Shown here: positions 1 through 16,604 of the stretch, in pieces
Layout of the letters: each line of letters starts with the position of its first letter
Numbering within the stretch: the first letter of the stretch is position 1
From: the human T2T-CHM13v2.0 reference genome, Homo sapiens
NCBI RefSeq assembly: GCF_009914755.1
Contig: NC_060926.1
Reading direction: 5' to 3' (one strand)
DNA length: 64,000 nt
Position numbers and translations under genes: made by a program
The notes under the pieces: model-generated
Database searches by the model: none
Told to the model about the DNA's origin: nothing
Seen by the model: only the letters and a program-made list of their open reading frames with translations

Positions 1-1298
<1,298 letters not shown>

Positions 1299-1344
1299 AT
1301 CAAACAATCTAAATAGAGTCATTTACACTGGATTTGTATTATGT

Positions 1345-1651
<307 letters not shown>

Positions 1652-2060
1652 TATTATACACTTTTAATGGCCTATTTACTGCCACAATCACTTTTTTATC
1701 AAAAATTAAAATTAGATGAAAACTCAAAGCTCTCCACATTCTTCGCCTTTCAGGAAAGAAAAAAACATGTAGTACATACCCTACAAACCTCCATATATGA
1801 TGTGTGTAAATTAACTTATTTATAAATCACGTACACATGCTATTTTACTACATATTATGTACATTGTAAAATATGTCCCCAAATAGAAATTTTTCAGTAT
1901 AAGATACATATAAATCAAAATGGAGGCAATTCCCTTCTCCTCCTGAATGGAGTATCTTGCACATGCCTGAGGTGGGTACCCCCTATTCTGGAAGCTATTA
2001 CCCTAACAGTTCTCTGACTCTCACCAGTAAATGAGAGAGAGACAAACTGGTGATCTGGCA

Positions 2061-2250
2061 CAGTGGAAAGAGCAAGGGCTTTGATGAACCCAATCCTGCA
2101 TTGGAAAACTGTGGTTTCATTAGTGCTGGCGTGACCTTGGCAAGAGTCCTAATCTTGTTGAACCTCAGGGTCCTCTTCTGTCAAAGGAGGGTGATGATAC
2201 ATACAAATGATATTGTCCATAAAACGCAGTGCTTGGCATGGCATTATTAT
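2061..2250 (+). mobile_element. MIR fragment
   Basis: MIR core-like GTGACCTTGGCAAG..AACCTCAG..TCTGTCAAA. Confidence 0.6.
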
Positions 2251-3224
2251 TACTTAGAGCTGAAAGAAGGTTTCAAAGGTCACTTAGGGAACTACTAGAA
2301 AGATCCAGTCTCCTGGATTTTTAAAGCCACACAGCTGGCTACTGACAAATCTAGGGCCACCCTGCTCTCTTTACTGAGCTGATGGGCGGCCTCAAAAAAT
2401 GTACTGTCAGACAAGGTTTCCCTGGGACTGGAAATATAAATTCCATAATGAAATTTTCCACACACGTGGTTACTCCATGTGTAGCCTATTCAGAGAAACA
2501 ATTAATAGTTACACATGTATAGTTGTTACTAAATGGTTTTTAAAAACCACAAACCACAGAGAAAAATATATCCTATTACCAGTATCAAGAATTAAATATA
2601 TTTTATTTTAAAATCTATACAGTGGGCAAAGCTCTGGTCCAAAAGGAATGCTACCTAGATCCTAGCCCCAACTGTGACATGGACATGTCACTTGACAACC
2701 CTATATCTTATTTTCCTCATACATTAAGTAAGAATGATATTACTTACACTCGTTGCAAGATTAGCATGCAATAATATAGGTTAGGGAAAGGATTCTACAA
2801 ATAACTATCATTATCGCTATTGTCTCCCCAACAACGATCAAATTATCTCACACACACACATACACTTGAGAACCAGTGTCCTTCCAGCCCAAAGGCTAGT
2901 CACTTTAGAGAAGAGACCAAGGCTCACTCTACTAGTCCACAGGTGGTCTCAACAACAAAAAGCACGGACATTTGCTGTCTTCTCTGATCCAAAGACAGAA
3001 TGTTCCCAGGCATGGACCCACCCTGAGCTATTCCTTATCAGCAGCCTTAGGACCTCTGACCTATAGACCAGGTGGATGGTTTGCTCCATCCGCCTTTGGA
3101 ATTTCAGGTGGCCAGATTGCAGCATTTCCTACCTGACTAAGACAGCGTCTGCTTTGGCTCACCTGTTTGGAGCTCTAGTCCTTTACTAGGACTGATGCCC
3201 TGTTAGCTAAAAATAGGTGCCATA

Positions 3225-3410
3225 TTTTGGGCCTACTGCTGTCCTGGGTATTTTGTATACATTATTTCCATTCCTTAAAACAACCTGTGAAGTGGTGATT
3301 ATTATTTCATTTTACAGTTACAGAAACTGAGAGCCAGAGGTTAAATAGCTCCCCAAAGTCAGACAGCTAGGAAAGAAAATACTAATCTGGCTCCAAATCA
3401 CATGCTCTTT
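3225..3410 (-). mobile_element. MIR fragment
   Basis: ATTTTACAG..GAAACTGAG..AGAGGTTAAATAGCT..CCCAAAGTCA..CAGCTAG, antisense MIR core. Confidence 0.7.
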
Positions 3411-4467
3411 CTAAAACATTTCCCACCTTGATTCCCTGTCTGATTCCTGCCTGATCTACCCTCAGATTCTGGACCCTATCTCTCTACCCTTGCAGGGGTG
3501 TTGCCAGGAACCGCTCGCTGTACTGGCATCCATTCCTGTATTCTGCTTCGAGACTCACCTACTAAATGGAGCACATTGGAGCTTACGGGAGTGTTCGGTA
3601 TGACACATGCATGTACCCGGATTTACTAATTGCCTGGCAATCCCATATTGCTACACTCTTCAGGCCCAGGGCATCGTGTTGCACAGCCTTCCCGCATACA
3701 CACTTCCCTTTCTCTCTCCACTCAATCTCGGTGTCCTCCTGTTTCATGCCAGCCAATGTTCTGATGTTCCAGCATGCTTCACAGCAAAGCCTATTACCCC
3801 AGAATGATGATTTAAGGAATTGACAAATTATTTATTACTTTGGAAAACACCATATTTCATTCAGATGGATAACTGGGATTCACCATTAAGGGGGGGAAGA
3901 AAACCACAGTAGGCATCTAGGCTTGTCTTTAGAGACAAAGCAGTCATTTAGATGGAAAACATCTGTGAGTAGCAGGAGTCTTTTTAATCTCCATAGATAT
4001 AAAGGAATCAGTGTGGGAGGGTATCCCCGAGCCCATTTTAAACTCAGGGACATTGATATGAAATCCCAGTAGAGGGCAATAATCCACATGAAATTTTAAT
4101 GAGTTCACCCTAATTCTCCAAGTTCTGAGAAATGGAAAAAGCTCCACAATCAAGTTTTTATAGGCATTTGGAAAAGATATTTAGAAAGCACAAATTAACT
4201 ATGATATCCTAAGAGGGAGTTTTGTGGATCTCACGGAATGGGAATGATGCCATACATTTTGTTACAGGTCACTTTGCTATAGACTTAAAGCCCTGACTTT
4301 AACATAAATGCCCTGTGCTTCTCATGTGCTGGTGAACATAGTTATCTTTAGCTATAGTTCCAATTATACAAATGTATGAATCAATTTAGCAAAATTCGGA
4401 CCAATAGCCAAGGTAAGCACAGGGTCTAGCAAAGTGGCTTCAACTCCTGGATTAAAAAATAAAGTAT

Positions 4468-4762
4468 GGGCAAGTCATGGTGGTTCACGTCTGTAATCCC
4501 AGCACTTTGGGAGGCCAAGGTGGGCAGATCACTTGAGGTCAGGAGTTTAAGACCAGCCTGGCCAACATGGAGAAACCCCATCTCTACTACAAATACAAAA
4601 AAATTAGCTGGGTATGGTGGCACATGCCTGTAAACCCAGCTACTCGGAAGGCTAGGGCACAAGAATCGCTTGAACACAGGAGGCAGAGGTTGCAGTGAGC
4701 TATCACACTACTGCACTCCAGCCTGAGTGACACAGTAAGACCCTGACTCAAAAAAAAAAAAA
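4468..4762 (+). mobile_element. AluS
   Basis: Full dimer, A-rich linker, poly(A) tail. Confidence 0.92.
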
Positions 4763-5099
4763 GTGTGACTGTGTTTTCTATGAGGCATCTGTGCAGCAAC
4801 TATTTAAGCAACTATTATCAAGGTTAGATGGGGGGGTAACTCTGTCCCCATCACCAAGAGAGTGTCCAGAGAAATGTGCCAGACTCTTGTGACACCTTTG
4901 CTCTCATTAGACTTTAACATGTGATCACACACCACATTTCTCTCTCCCTTCCTGTCTGAGAACTGAACAAATATCAAAAGCGGACTTAGTTTGCTGCAAA
5001 GTGATTCAGCAAGGCAAGACGGATGGGGTACGGTTATCCTTCAACAAGTAACCATGCTTCACATGTTTGGCATTGTTTTCTTCTGTGTCAAAAACTATG

Positions 5100-5722
<623 letters not shown>

Positions 5723-6655
5723 GAAAGGAAACTGAAGCCAAATACTTCACCATATTCATGAGGAATGGTAGTAAATGCCCATGGCAGCACTTGTGCAACA
5801 GCCAAATTGCTAAGAGAGTCTTAAAGGGTAGAGATCAGAACTAATTAGTGTCAGTGCCCTAGCAAAACAGCTGGAACCTACTCAAAACTTCAGACTTCAA
5901 AGAGGACAGAAGTTGGTTTCCACACAAGTTCCCATCAATGTTGACAGGGTCATGGATGTCACCTTATGTCAGGGCTTGTTCATGACTTACTGCTATAATA
6001 TTGTGTGTTTAGAGATTTTCATGCCAAAGAACCACTCGGATTCTTCTTAATTTGCAACCAAGAAACATCAGGGGTCTTCCAGTTAAATATAGAAACTGGC
6101 CCTTACACTTTCCTAAGCCTCTAATGGAGATGATCTCTCCTTGATGTCATTATAAAGGGACTCACTCTGGATGCACTGGGGCCCAGGTATGCACAGGTGG
6201 CATTGCCTGTTGTAATTTGATGTTGCAACTCTGGTTCTTTTGTGCTCCTGTTGTCCTCTGGTTCAGTGACAGAGGGGTGGGCTGAGGGAGTCGCTGAGGG
6301 ATCCCACAGTAGTTTTGCAGCCATAGGGATTATCTTGTCCCAAGCCTGTATGTTCCTTGACTTTTTTTTCATGTTGCCCATATATGACAATTGAGATAAT
6401 ATATGTCAAGTGCTTATTACAGTACTTGGCACATAACTGGTCAGTAAATATTAGCTATGATTAATTATTCTTTTTTGTCTAAGAACTGTAGCTTAGGTGA
6501 GGATCAGAGCAAATCCACTGAGCTTCAAGGGAAAGAAGCAATAAATTTGATTAAAGCCTCATAACTCCATGCGAAACCTCTGCTATAATAATCACAGCTT
6601 TATGTCACTGGTTAGCAACACATGAACTGCCAGACACAACTATTTGACAATACAC

Positions 6656-7109
6656 TGTGAACCCCAAACAAATAGGGATAGGAAGGGCAAAAGGAGACAG
6701 GGCTCATGCTTACATGTCTGAGATAAGAAATGTTTCCAAGAACTTTCTAAAAACCCTTTTGCATCCTTCATGCATCTCCTGCTTTGCTAAGTTTCATCAC
6801 TAGACATTCTTTAGGGCTACAAAAACTCAGATAAGATGTTCTCAGAAGAACACTTGCCCAGTAATGGTACCTCCACCAACGAGCTGACAACTCTGGCTTT
6901 GAACCTCTGGACCCAAAAAACTCTTGTTTCTAAGCATCTTATGTAAATTGATTTTTTCCTAATAAACTTTTCCCTTTACTCTTCCCTTACCAAATGCACT
7001 GTTACCTTGCCATTTCATGCATTCCGGATTATAATCCTTACTTCTATTCCTGAGTAAACCCAACATATTTAGGGATAGTTTTCTCTATTGTATTTTTTTT
7101 AGGTTGCCA
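6656..7109 (+). mobile_element. Solo LTR, ERV1 class (MER4-group-like)
   Basis: TG...CA termini, 4-bp TSD ACAC (6652-6655 / 7110-7113), internal AATAAA at 6961, TTTAGGTTG(C)CA end. Confidence 0.8.
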
Positions 7110-7192
7110 ACACTGTAAAAAGATAATTCCCCAAAAAAGGTAAAATCATACGTCCATACAGATATAAAAATGAAAATACATTAAAGATTGTA

Positions 7193-7522
<330 letters not shown>

Positions 7523-8684
7523 TTATACCCTTTTTTGACTATACCCAAAGGAGAAGTCAAAAAAAGCACAAATTTATATGGAATAAAGAAATATTGAAAC
7601 TAATGCACAAGTGAAGGCAAAATGAGCTTCCTCTGCAGTGGAGAGGGTAGGCAGCAGAACCTTTACTGTACAGAACAAAATTCGTGTGTCTATAGACAAG
7701 AATTATTTTGTATTGTCATTAGTTATCTACAATTTACAAACTTGAATATAGCCCCCAAAGAATCAGAACCAGATAACATGAAATGGTGTCACCTAAACAG
7801 TGCCTAGTTTTTCATCGAAGCACACATTTTTCCCTACAACACCTATATTTATATCACATTGCGATTAAGAAACTAATGGCAATTGATCTACACGGTTGTC
7901 GAAGTAAGTAGTCTGAAAGAATGGTGCAAACACCAAAGATCTTTCAAGGAGGTTGGCCAATAAGACCAAATCCAATTGTTTCAGTCTCAAATCATTAAAA
8001 TGTACTTCATGTTCGGTAATAGTAATAAACACTATTATGTGTCTAAGTGTCCACGTAGTTGGTTTCAGAATGATGATTCAACCATTATATTGCATGTTCT
8101 TTTAGGAGCTACAGCCCAAAGCTGTTTATTTGAATCATTGCTCTATCTACACCTAACCTTCCATCATTTTTTTTTTTACCAATGAGTAGGATCTGTGGAA
8201 TTGGATAGAAAAAGAGCTCCCAGCACCTTAACTGAGATAATGATAATTCTTACATATATTGTCCCAAGTTCACGTGGCATTTAGAATTGCTATCTTGATT
8301 AGTAATAAAGATCTTCCCCTAGCATTTCCTCTAGTGCCATTTGGCTTTGATTGTTATTTAATTTCATTTTATTTTACTTGGTTTCACCAACTGAGATTTC
8401 ATGAGTCTACTAAGTGAAGGAAGCATTAATTCCTCTCTAGCCACAATTGCTTCAATGGAATCAACGGATATCTCTACATCTACTTGTATAACTCAGAGAC
8501 AACCTTACAAATGGCACACATACCCCCCTTCCTTGTTAACCAAAGGGAGACCAGTGGAAATAAGTGTCATGGGTCTGCCTAATAATGGTATAAGACAAAA
8601 TAATATTTTTAAAATATTCAACTGATGCAGTTTTGGTGTCACAACCCCTAGTAATTCCTGGTTTCCCTGAAGCTTTCTACTTAC

Positions 8685-8744
8685 CTAGCCTAGAACAAAG
8701 AAGACAACTGAGTTGCTTTATCAGCTCACAGAAGACACAACAGT
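8685..8744 (-). pseudogene. Pseudo-exon, 60 nt, open, phase 1-1
   Basis: ctttggctttcag| CCVFCELIKQLSCLLCSRL |gtaagt; 106-nt intron to next acceptor at 8578. Confidence 0.5.
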
Positions 8745-8858
8745 CTGAAAGCCAAAGCCAAGGGATTGAGTTGCAAGTGCTTGAGAAAATACCGTGATGA
8801 TTTTGTTTTGAATTGCAACATAATTTAACTAAAGGACTAAACATAGAGTTTTAAATTA

Positions 8859-9218
<360 letters not shown>

Positions 9219-9222
9219 TTAC

Positions 9223-9361
9223 CCCTTTAAGGAGGGTAAAAGACCTTCCTAGGTTGGAGGAAGAAGGGAAGTTCAAATGTAAGTAAAAGGTCTGCTTCCC
9301 AGCTCCCTCTTCCTTTCATCCTGGATGAAATTCAGAAAGTTCCAGACTTTTCTGGTCATTT
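9223..9361 (-). pseudogene. Pseudo-exon, 139 nt
   Basis: tttttataatctag| phase-1 EMTRKVWNFLNFIQDERKRELGSRPFTYI*..; GGG|gtaaca. Confidence 0.5.
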
Positions 9362-9790
9362 CTAGATTATAAAAAGCCCAAATGGTCACATCAAGTTGCA
9401 AACAAAGTCTCAATTTGGGAAATGAATGTGTTCATTCCCAGGTATTAATAATTACCAAAACATTGGATCTGATTTCACAGTTAAATTTCACCCCCTTTCA
9501 ATTGTGGTCTTTGTACGTAGGTAACCAAAGAATGGAACACAATGCTATATTCCCAGCCTAGATTTCTGCTCCTTCTCTTCTATTTGCTATCTTGCTAGCT
9601 GTGTTTTCTGACTCTTCAAGGGCCAAAGCAGAAGGAGGAAAGAAGAAAAAGGGGAGTGGGAAAAGGAGAAAGAAAGTTTTTACTTGATTGGGAATGTAAT
9701 AAGATGGTCTTGGCTCTCTGGTCTGGAAGATGCCTAAAGCTTTCCCGTAAACTTGTGGTCTCTTTCATGATTCCCTTCAGAAGTCCTTAC

Positions 9791-10256
<466 letters not shown>

Positions 10257-10359
10257 ATTAATTACAATTTAAAAGTTGTTTGTTTGTTTGTTTGTTTAAA
10301 GAGCCCCAGGTGTGCTCTCCCTCCCAAGTGGTTGCATCTGGTCAAGGAAGCATGCATAC

Positions 10360-10751
10360 ATCTGTTGCCTCCTCCTCAGATCAGCTGAAGGGCCCACATT
10401 TCTGCCTTTTACATCTTCCAGTCAAAAGTCACCAGTTCACACTCTATATCCCCCAATCGCATAAGCCACATGTCAAGATTCCTGAGGAGTTCTTATCAGA
10501 CTTAAAATGAGGGAAAGGAAGGCAGGGAGAGCATACAACAGAGTTCTCTTCAAAGACATCCTCTATCCAATCCTCTCTTCCCATATCCAACCCTATCCTT
10601 TAGAACTTCCATATGAGAAAGGTCTAGAAATTTCCCTTGAAATTTTACAAATCCTGCTCGGCGATCACAAAATTTACTCTGGCATCTGGCATGTCATTTT
10701 AGGATCTCAGCTTGAACTTCCATTTACAGATCCTACTGCAAGTGTTTTCTA
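10360..10751 (-). pseudogene. Two pseudo-exons (10751-10678, 74 nt; 10500-10360, 141 nt)
   Basis: Polypyrimidine acceptors ttgtttcctctaatag and ttcctttccctcattttaag; joined frame RKHLQ*DL*MEVQAEILK*HARCQI**ELLRNLDMWLMRLGDIECELVTFDWKM*KAEMWALQLI. Confidence 0.5.
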
Positions 10752-10849
10752 CTATTAGAGGAAACAAGGACCAACTAACAAAATAAGTTCAGTTACAGAG
10801 AAGGAAAGAAAGTTAAATATTAACACATCTATGTTATGACTAAATTTTG

Positions 10850-11005
10850 TTTTTGTTTTTGCTTTTTTTTTTTTTTTTTTTTTTTTTTTAGGGATGGAGT
10901 CTCACTATGTTGCCCATGATGATCTCCAACTCCTGGGCTCCAGCGATCCTCCCACCTCAGCCTCCTGAGCAGTTGAGACTACAGGTGTGTGCCACCACAC
11001 ATGGC
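10850..11005 (-). mobile_element. FLAM (free left Alu monomer)
   Basis: Monomer with poly(T); perfect 16-bp TSD TTATGACTAAATTTTG (10834-10849 / 11006-11021). Confidence 0.9.
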
Positions 11006-11189
11006 TTATGACTAAATTTTGACCCAGCTTTATTATTATTTACCCTGGGCACTGTACATACATGTAGTAGAACAGAGCCCTGAAACATGGGGAGCCTCGA
11101 AGAACCCAGGAGAAACAGAAATCAACTCTCTGACCAAGAGAGAAAAAGTAATAGAGTGAAGGGACAAATAACAAACAAGTTGGCAACAA

Positions 11190-11530
11190 GTTGAGCACAG
11201 CAAAAATGGCTGTTCTCTGCTCCACAATATCTGGGGTCTCAGATGGGCAGACTCAGTTGCTGGGAATGAGGCTATGGTGGGAGGGGCTGGAATCATCATC
11301 TGGAGGTGTCTTCATTCACGTCTGGCAGGTGATGCTGGCTGTCAGCCAGGACGTTAGCTGGGACTGAATACTAGAGGTGGCCTCTTCACGTGACCTGAAT
11401 TCTCCCACAGCATGGTAGCTGGGAATTTGCATGATGGCTCTGGGTTCCAAAAGCTGAACTGACATCACCCTTCTTATCTAGCCTCAGAACTTGCACAGCA
11501 CACACTATCACATGGTATCAAAGGAATCGC
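11190..11530 (-). mobile_element. MaLR LTR fragment (MLT1J/K-like)
   Basis: TCTCTGCTCCACAATATCTGGGGTCTCAG..GGCTGGAATCATC..CACAGCATGGTAGCTGGG motifs. Confidence 0.7.
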
Positions 11531-11583
11531 AACCAGCTTTCAAAAACCATTATTCCGTCCTTGACTATCACTTGAATACATAC

Positions 11584-11707
11584 AGCAGTGTCTTAAGTGC
11601 ACTTCTATGTTTTTGTCATCACTTCCCCATTTGAGTTTATCAGGCCAGAAAAAGAGAAGGCTTCTCTGACACGGAGCCTTCTGCTTTCCTCCTCTTCTGT
11701 CATCTCA
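11584..11707 (-). pseudogene. Pseudo-exon, 124 nt
   Basis: Phase-2 start continues previous block: (S)EMTEEEESRRLRVREAFSFSGLINSNGEVMTKT; donor gtatgt. Confidence 0.45.
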
Positions 11708-11900
11708 CTTGGTCAGGTACACACACAAGCACATACACATACAGTTCCACACACCACAATTTTCACAGTTTTAATTAAGCAAATCAGCTTTTTTGTTGTG
11801 CTTAAGATGCGGGAAAACTGTCAGAGTCAATTTTATCTTTGGCTGCAAAGGGAGGGAAATCTTGAATTATTCAACAAATTTAAGCTTTTGGTTTCTTCAC

Positions 11901-12071
11901 CTTTCAGAATAACTTAGCAAGCTTTCTATCAACTCTTTTACATCAATTGATTCCATTTCTTTTTGAAACACCATTAATTTTTACACTAGCCATTTTTTCA
12001 TGTCATACAGTTATATAAGCAATGTTTCAAGGTCGGTGTTCTTTATAGTCCATAACAGAAAAGTAAAATAC
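11901..12071 (-). pseudogene. Pseudo-exon, 171 nt, phase 2-2
   Basis: ..TIKNTDLETLLI*LYDMKKWLV*KLMVFQKEMESIDVKELIESLLSYSE, AAG|gtgaag; acceptor weak. Confidence 0.5.
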
Positions 12072-12178
12072 CTAATTGATTAGCACTAAAAGAATTATTT
12101 TCTTCTTTAAAAAAATAAATTGTTAATAGCCAAGTGAATAATGACTATTGCTAAAGAAGCTGAGAAACATGTATTCAC

Positions 12179-12247
12179 TCTGAGACATTTTTTCTTTAAT
12201 CTTTGCTGGGAAGGAAACACCAGATTGTGTAGAAGCTCTTCACCAAC
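12179..12247 (-). pseudogene. Pseudo-exon, 69 nt, open
   Basis: ttttttcttttaag| VGEELLHNLVFPSQQRLKKKCLR |gtgaat. Confidence 0.5.
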
Positions 12248-12783
12248 CTTAAAAGAAAAAATCTTTTTCTGATCCTATATTTGTTTGGGTTGAGAGGCAT
12301 TTATCCTGCATCCCTCTTTGATATAATGGATGCATACAAATCACTCCAGTTTTTAATAAGCCCCCTTTTGTGGCGTCTTGAGGTATATCATTTGCCGCTC
12401 CCTAATTATCAGTAGACCCTGAACCTTTTAAAACTCTGTCTTCTTGTAACAGAGGAAAGGACCCAACGCCATGCAGGATAACTACCCCACCTGCACAGCC
12501 ACAAAAAAGGCAATAAGAAAACACCTAGAACATCTATTTAGTAAATTCAATAAACTATTCCGTGGTTGCTTCTATCAGATTATGCAAGTATAATCCAGGA
12601 ATTTCAACCACGTTCTTGATTAACACTAATTAACAATGCTAAACAGCATTGACAGTGAAAAGGAAGAAACATAAAATGCTCCAAGGTTATCAAGGCTGAT
12701 TTGGGGTCATTTATCCCAGGGGTATAAATTGATATCTCATAGAAGAGTTTACATTTATAAGGCTGGTTTAGAAATAACTATAA

Positions 12784-13063
12784 GGCTGGGTGAGGTGGCT
12801 CATTCCTATAATCCCAGAACTTTGGGAGGCCAAGGCAGGTGAATCACTTGAGGTTAGGAGTTTGAGACCAGCCTGGCCAATATGGCAAAACACTGTCTCT
12901 ACTAAAAATACAAAAAGTAACCGGGCATGGTGGTGCATGCCTCTAATTCCAGCTACTCAGGAGGCTGAGGCAGGAGAATCGCTTTAACCCAAAAGGCGGA
13001 GGTTGCAGTGAGGCACTGCACTCCAGCCTGGGTTATAGCATGAGACTCTGTCTAAAAAAAAAA
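12784..13063 (+). mobile_element. AluS with short right-arm deletion
   Basis: Dimer; TSD AGAAATA(A/G)CTAT. Confidence 0.9.
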
Positions 13064-13299
13064 GAAATAGCTATGATATAAAGCAGAATGTGATGGCTAT
13101 GAGAGATTGCAAATGCTTTGGGGTTTAAAAACCTAAAAGCACATAGGTTAGGGGAATCATAAAAAGCTTCATAGACGTGGCTACACACAGACTTAAAAAC
13201 AACTGCTTAGGGTTCTACCCTTAAATAGAAATGAATGCTGAAGATTTATCAGATATTTCTAGCTGACAACAACATGGAAGAGAGAGAACAAAAAAAGCA

Positions 13300-14600
13300 A
13301 ACCATATGAAAGGAAAAAAAATCACAGAAAATTCAGAGGGAGGGAGGAGGAGGGGGGACCTGATGCACGAAAGAAAATTTACAAAGAAAGAAAAACTTAC
13401 AAAGAATAACCTCAGAGAAATAAGAGAGGGTGTGTCCTGAAAAAAAGGATAGGGGCTATGAAAACAGATAATCCAAGAATAAGAAAGAGCTCTTGGCAAT
13501 TAAAAAATCTATGCATTCAGGGTGAGGTGCAGTGGCTCATACCTGTAATCCCAGTGCTTTGGGAGGCTGAGGCAGGAGGACTGCTTGAGCCCAGGAGTTC
13601 GAGGTTGCAGTGAGCTATGACAGAGCCATCCAGTGCCCTGTGTGACAGAATGAGATCCCACCTCTAAAACAAACAACAACAACAAAAACTATGCATTCAA
13701 AATTTAAAAATAAAATAGAAGGGTTAGAAAATAAAGTCTTCCCAGCATGTAGAAAGAGAGAACAGCGGAATGGATGGAGATGAAAAATACAAAAGATAAC
13801 CAGATTAGAAGATCTATCCTGGTTATTGAACACATGAGTATTTTCTGAGAGCCAGGAAAGGAAAAAAAAGATTAAATGAAAGGAAAAAAGTGATAATCTA
13901 AGAAATATTTCAAGAAAACTAGTGAAGCTGAAGGACACAACTCTGTAAACTAACAGGACTCACCAAGCAAGCAGCACAATTAATTTCAAAAATTTCATTC
14001 CAATAGTTTCACACAATGACTGACTACTGAGGATAAAGTGAAAATCCTTTAAGTCTCCAGAAAAGAGAAGGTCACATACAAATGGACAGACCTGAGAAGA
14101 GCCTTGAACTTCTCAATAATGACCTTATATATAGAAGACAAAAGATCAGAAGTCTTAAACATTTTGAAAGATAATGACTTTCAACCTAGAATTTCAATCT
14201 AGAATTTTATACCTCATCAAGCTTTAGCATAGACTAAAAGCATTTGCAGATGCACAAAGACTAAACACAGAGAAAGCTAATATTGTCCAGCAAAATAAGC
14301 AAATGGATCAAGAAAAAGAGAAATCGTGCATCCCCCAAAACAGGTTGTCTAATTTAGGATGAGTCCAAGAATAGTTTCAGGATGACAGCTGACCTAGAGA
14401 GCAACTGGTTCAGAGTAAGCCTTGGAGGGCTCCAGGAAAAAGGTTCCCAGAAAAACGAATCAAGTTAGATTATCTGACATGCTCAACATTTGGAAAACAA
14501 GTGAGAGAAATTTGACAAATCTCCTGGAAAAAATTAAGGTTAAGTACTGGAAAGTATACAAGTGAAACAAATGTTGCAATCATCAAGACCAGTAAAAATA
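13300..14600 (+). mobile_element. HAL1 / ancient L1 ORF1-like fragment
   Basis: A-rich decayed ORF1-like sequence (..AATAGAAGGGTTAGAAAATAAAG..TTTCAACCTAGAATT..). Confidence 0.6.
13520..13688 (+). mobile_element. FAM/FRAM Alu monomer
   Basis: Single monomer, (AAC)n tail, TSD CTATGCATTCA. Confidence 0.85.
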
Positions 14601-14607
14601 AGGACAG

Positions 14608-14914
14608 GCTGGGTGCGTTGGCTCACGCCTGTAATCCCAGCACTTTGGGAGGCCCAGGTGGGAGGATCACGAGGTCAGATGATCAAGACCAGCCTGGCCA
14701 AGATGGTGAAACCCCATCTCTACTAAAATTACAAAAATTAGCCGGGTGCGGTGGCAGGCACCTGTAATCCCAGCTACTCAGGGGACTGAGGCAGGAGAAT
14801 CGCTTGAACCCTGGCCGGCAGAGGTTGCAGTGAGCCAAGATTGCGCCACTGCACTCCAGCCTAGGTGACAGACTTAGACTCCATCTCAAAAAAAGAAAGA
14901 AAAAAAAAAAAAAA
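14608..14914 (+). mobile_element. AluSg-like
   Basis: GGATCACGAGGTCAG and CCAAGATGGTG; TSD AAAAA(T/C)AAGGACA. Confidence 0.9.
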
Positions 14915-15079
14915 ACAAGGACAAGAAGTGTTAAAGCAAAGAAGTTAAATCATAATAAATTATTTGGCTCAGACGTGAACAACATTTATATATTCTGATA
15001 ATGTTATCCGTGACTATCAATTGAACCAAAAATTGTGACATAATTCCACCATGAGGATGGAATGTTGTTTCCGTCCTTC

Positions 15080-15600
15080 CATCTCCTACCTTCCTCCAGC
15101 TAGATTTTATTCAGGTATCTACCATTTGCTGCCTCCCAATGTGCTTTAGGGGAGACTGATCACAACCTCAACTGATTAGTTAGTGTGCTAGATTAGGGTA
15201 AGTCCAATTAGTCCCAGTCATGACAATCCCATTCCCTTTACTTCTGATTGTTTTAGGAAAAGGCAAATGACCCAGGTCTGTTCAGGGGCTTCTTAAATAT
15301 AAATGCAAGAAGAGTCATTCTCCTCTTCTTCCTCTGGATACTATCATATGCGGAAAAGACAACTTAATTTGCTGCCACCCTCTAGCAATCATGAGGGCAG
15401 TTGACCTGAAGACAAAGTCAACACCCCAAGGGTAGCAGAGTGAAGGTCAAAAGTACCTGGGTCTTGATGATGCCACTGAATTATCCAACCTTGAGAGGCA
15501 CTGTCTTCAGACTAATGTTAAGGGGAGATAGTAAATTTCCTTATTAAACCAGTACAGTCAGAGTTTTCTAAAATCCTCACTTAAAAGTATTCTAACATTC
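15080..15600 (+). mobile_element. MaLR LTR (MLT1K/L-like)
   Basis: GCTGCCACC..CATGAGGG..AAAGTCAACAC..GCAGAG..CCTGGGTCTTGATGATG motifs. Confidence 0.6.
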
Positions 15601-16074
15601 TAATTGCCGGGTGTAGTCAGGTAGTAAGAGTGCTAAATACACATCTATCATAACAGAAAATATATAATGTACTATCTAAAAGTGTTAAATCTATGCTGTA
15701 AAGAGCAATATAAATCCTACATTTAGAAACACAGAGTTACATACTTACAGAAGCAGCTAAAATAGTAGGGAGTGGGTGCTTTTAAGGAGCAGGACTAAGA
15801 GTTGCAGAGAGGTGAGGTAATAATTGATTGTTTTAGTTATGGGAGTGATTACTTTGATTAAGATAAATAAGCAAGCAAATAAAAACACAAAAAGTAATTT
15901 TCCAAGGTTACTCTAAAGAAAGGTTCCCCATGTGGCTATCAAAATAGCTATTGACATCTCTCAAAAAACAAACCAGCTAGGCTTCAAAAAGCTAATAGCC
16001 TCATCATAACCATATTGATCTTACAGTGTCAGTTACCCATGGCTTAAACTGGGGAGCAACTTCAATCTTTTTAC

Positions 16075-16302
16075 CTGCATAATGGAACCCTCAGATAATT
16101 TCAGACAAGATTAGAACAAGGTGATATGAGCACTAGGTGACGTGATGAGGTCTAGGCTGAAGTCACATGATTCTTTTTTCAAGTTATTTGGTGTCAAATT
16201 CATTCTTTTTTTTTAATCAAGAAAAATATCTTCCAGCTCTCATTTCTCTATAATTCAAATATGAAAATTTACTATCAAGGTCTCAATATGGTAAAGGGCT
16301 AC
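16075..16302 (-). pseudogene. Pseudo-exon, 228 nt, phase 0-0
   Basis: tttttttcatttgcag| ... CAG|gtaaaa; VALYHIETLIVNFHI*IIEK*ELEDIFLD*KKRM..EGSIMQ. Confidence 0.55.
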
Positions 16303-16325
16303 CTGCAAATGAAAAAAAGATCTTT

Positions 16326-16527
16326 ACCATCCTAGGCAACATGAGGAGACTTTGTCTCTAAAAAAAAATTTTAATTAGCTGGGTGTGGTGCCTGTAGTCC
16401 CAGCTCCTCAGGAGGCTGAGTCAGGAGAATCACTGGAGCCCAGGAGTTTGAGGCTACAGTGAGCTATGAGCATGCCATTGCATTCCAGCCTGAGCAATAG
16501 AGCGAGATCCCATCTCAAGAAGAAAAA
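16326..16527 (+). mobile_element. 5'-truncated AluJ
   Basis: End of left arm, linker, full right arm. Confidence 0.85.
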
Positions 16528-16550
16528 AAGAAAGAGAGAAAGAGAGAAAG

Positions 16551-16604
16551 AAAGGAAGGAAGGAAGGAAGGAAGGAAGGAAGGAAGGAAGGAAGGAAGGA
16601 AGGA
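16551..16604 (+). repeat. (GAAG)n tetranucleotide microsatellite from Alu tail
   Basis: About 13 GAAG units after GA-rich tail. Confidence 0.95.

Noticed and set aside
7865-8077. ~70-codon open minus frame containing YFDN..LPL, reminiscent of a piggyBac catalytic motif
   Set aside because: No ATG, no other transposase motifs or TIRs; four-residue match is too weak (may instead be part of the pseudogene)
8679-8705. Polypyrimidine-AG directly followed by GTAAGT, like a recursive splice site or 5-nt microexon
   Set aside because: Better explained as the donor of the 60-nt phase-compatible exon 8744-8685
12005-12018. ATACAGTTATATAA identical to part of the 29-bp minisatellite unit
   Set aside because: 14-bp AT-rich match; chance is plausible and there is no flanking similarity
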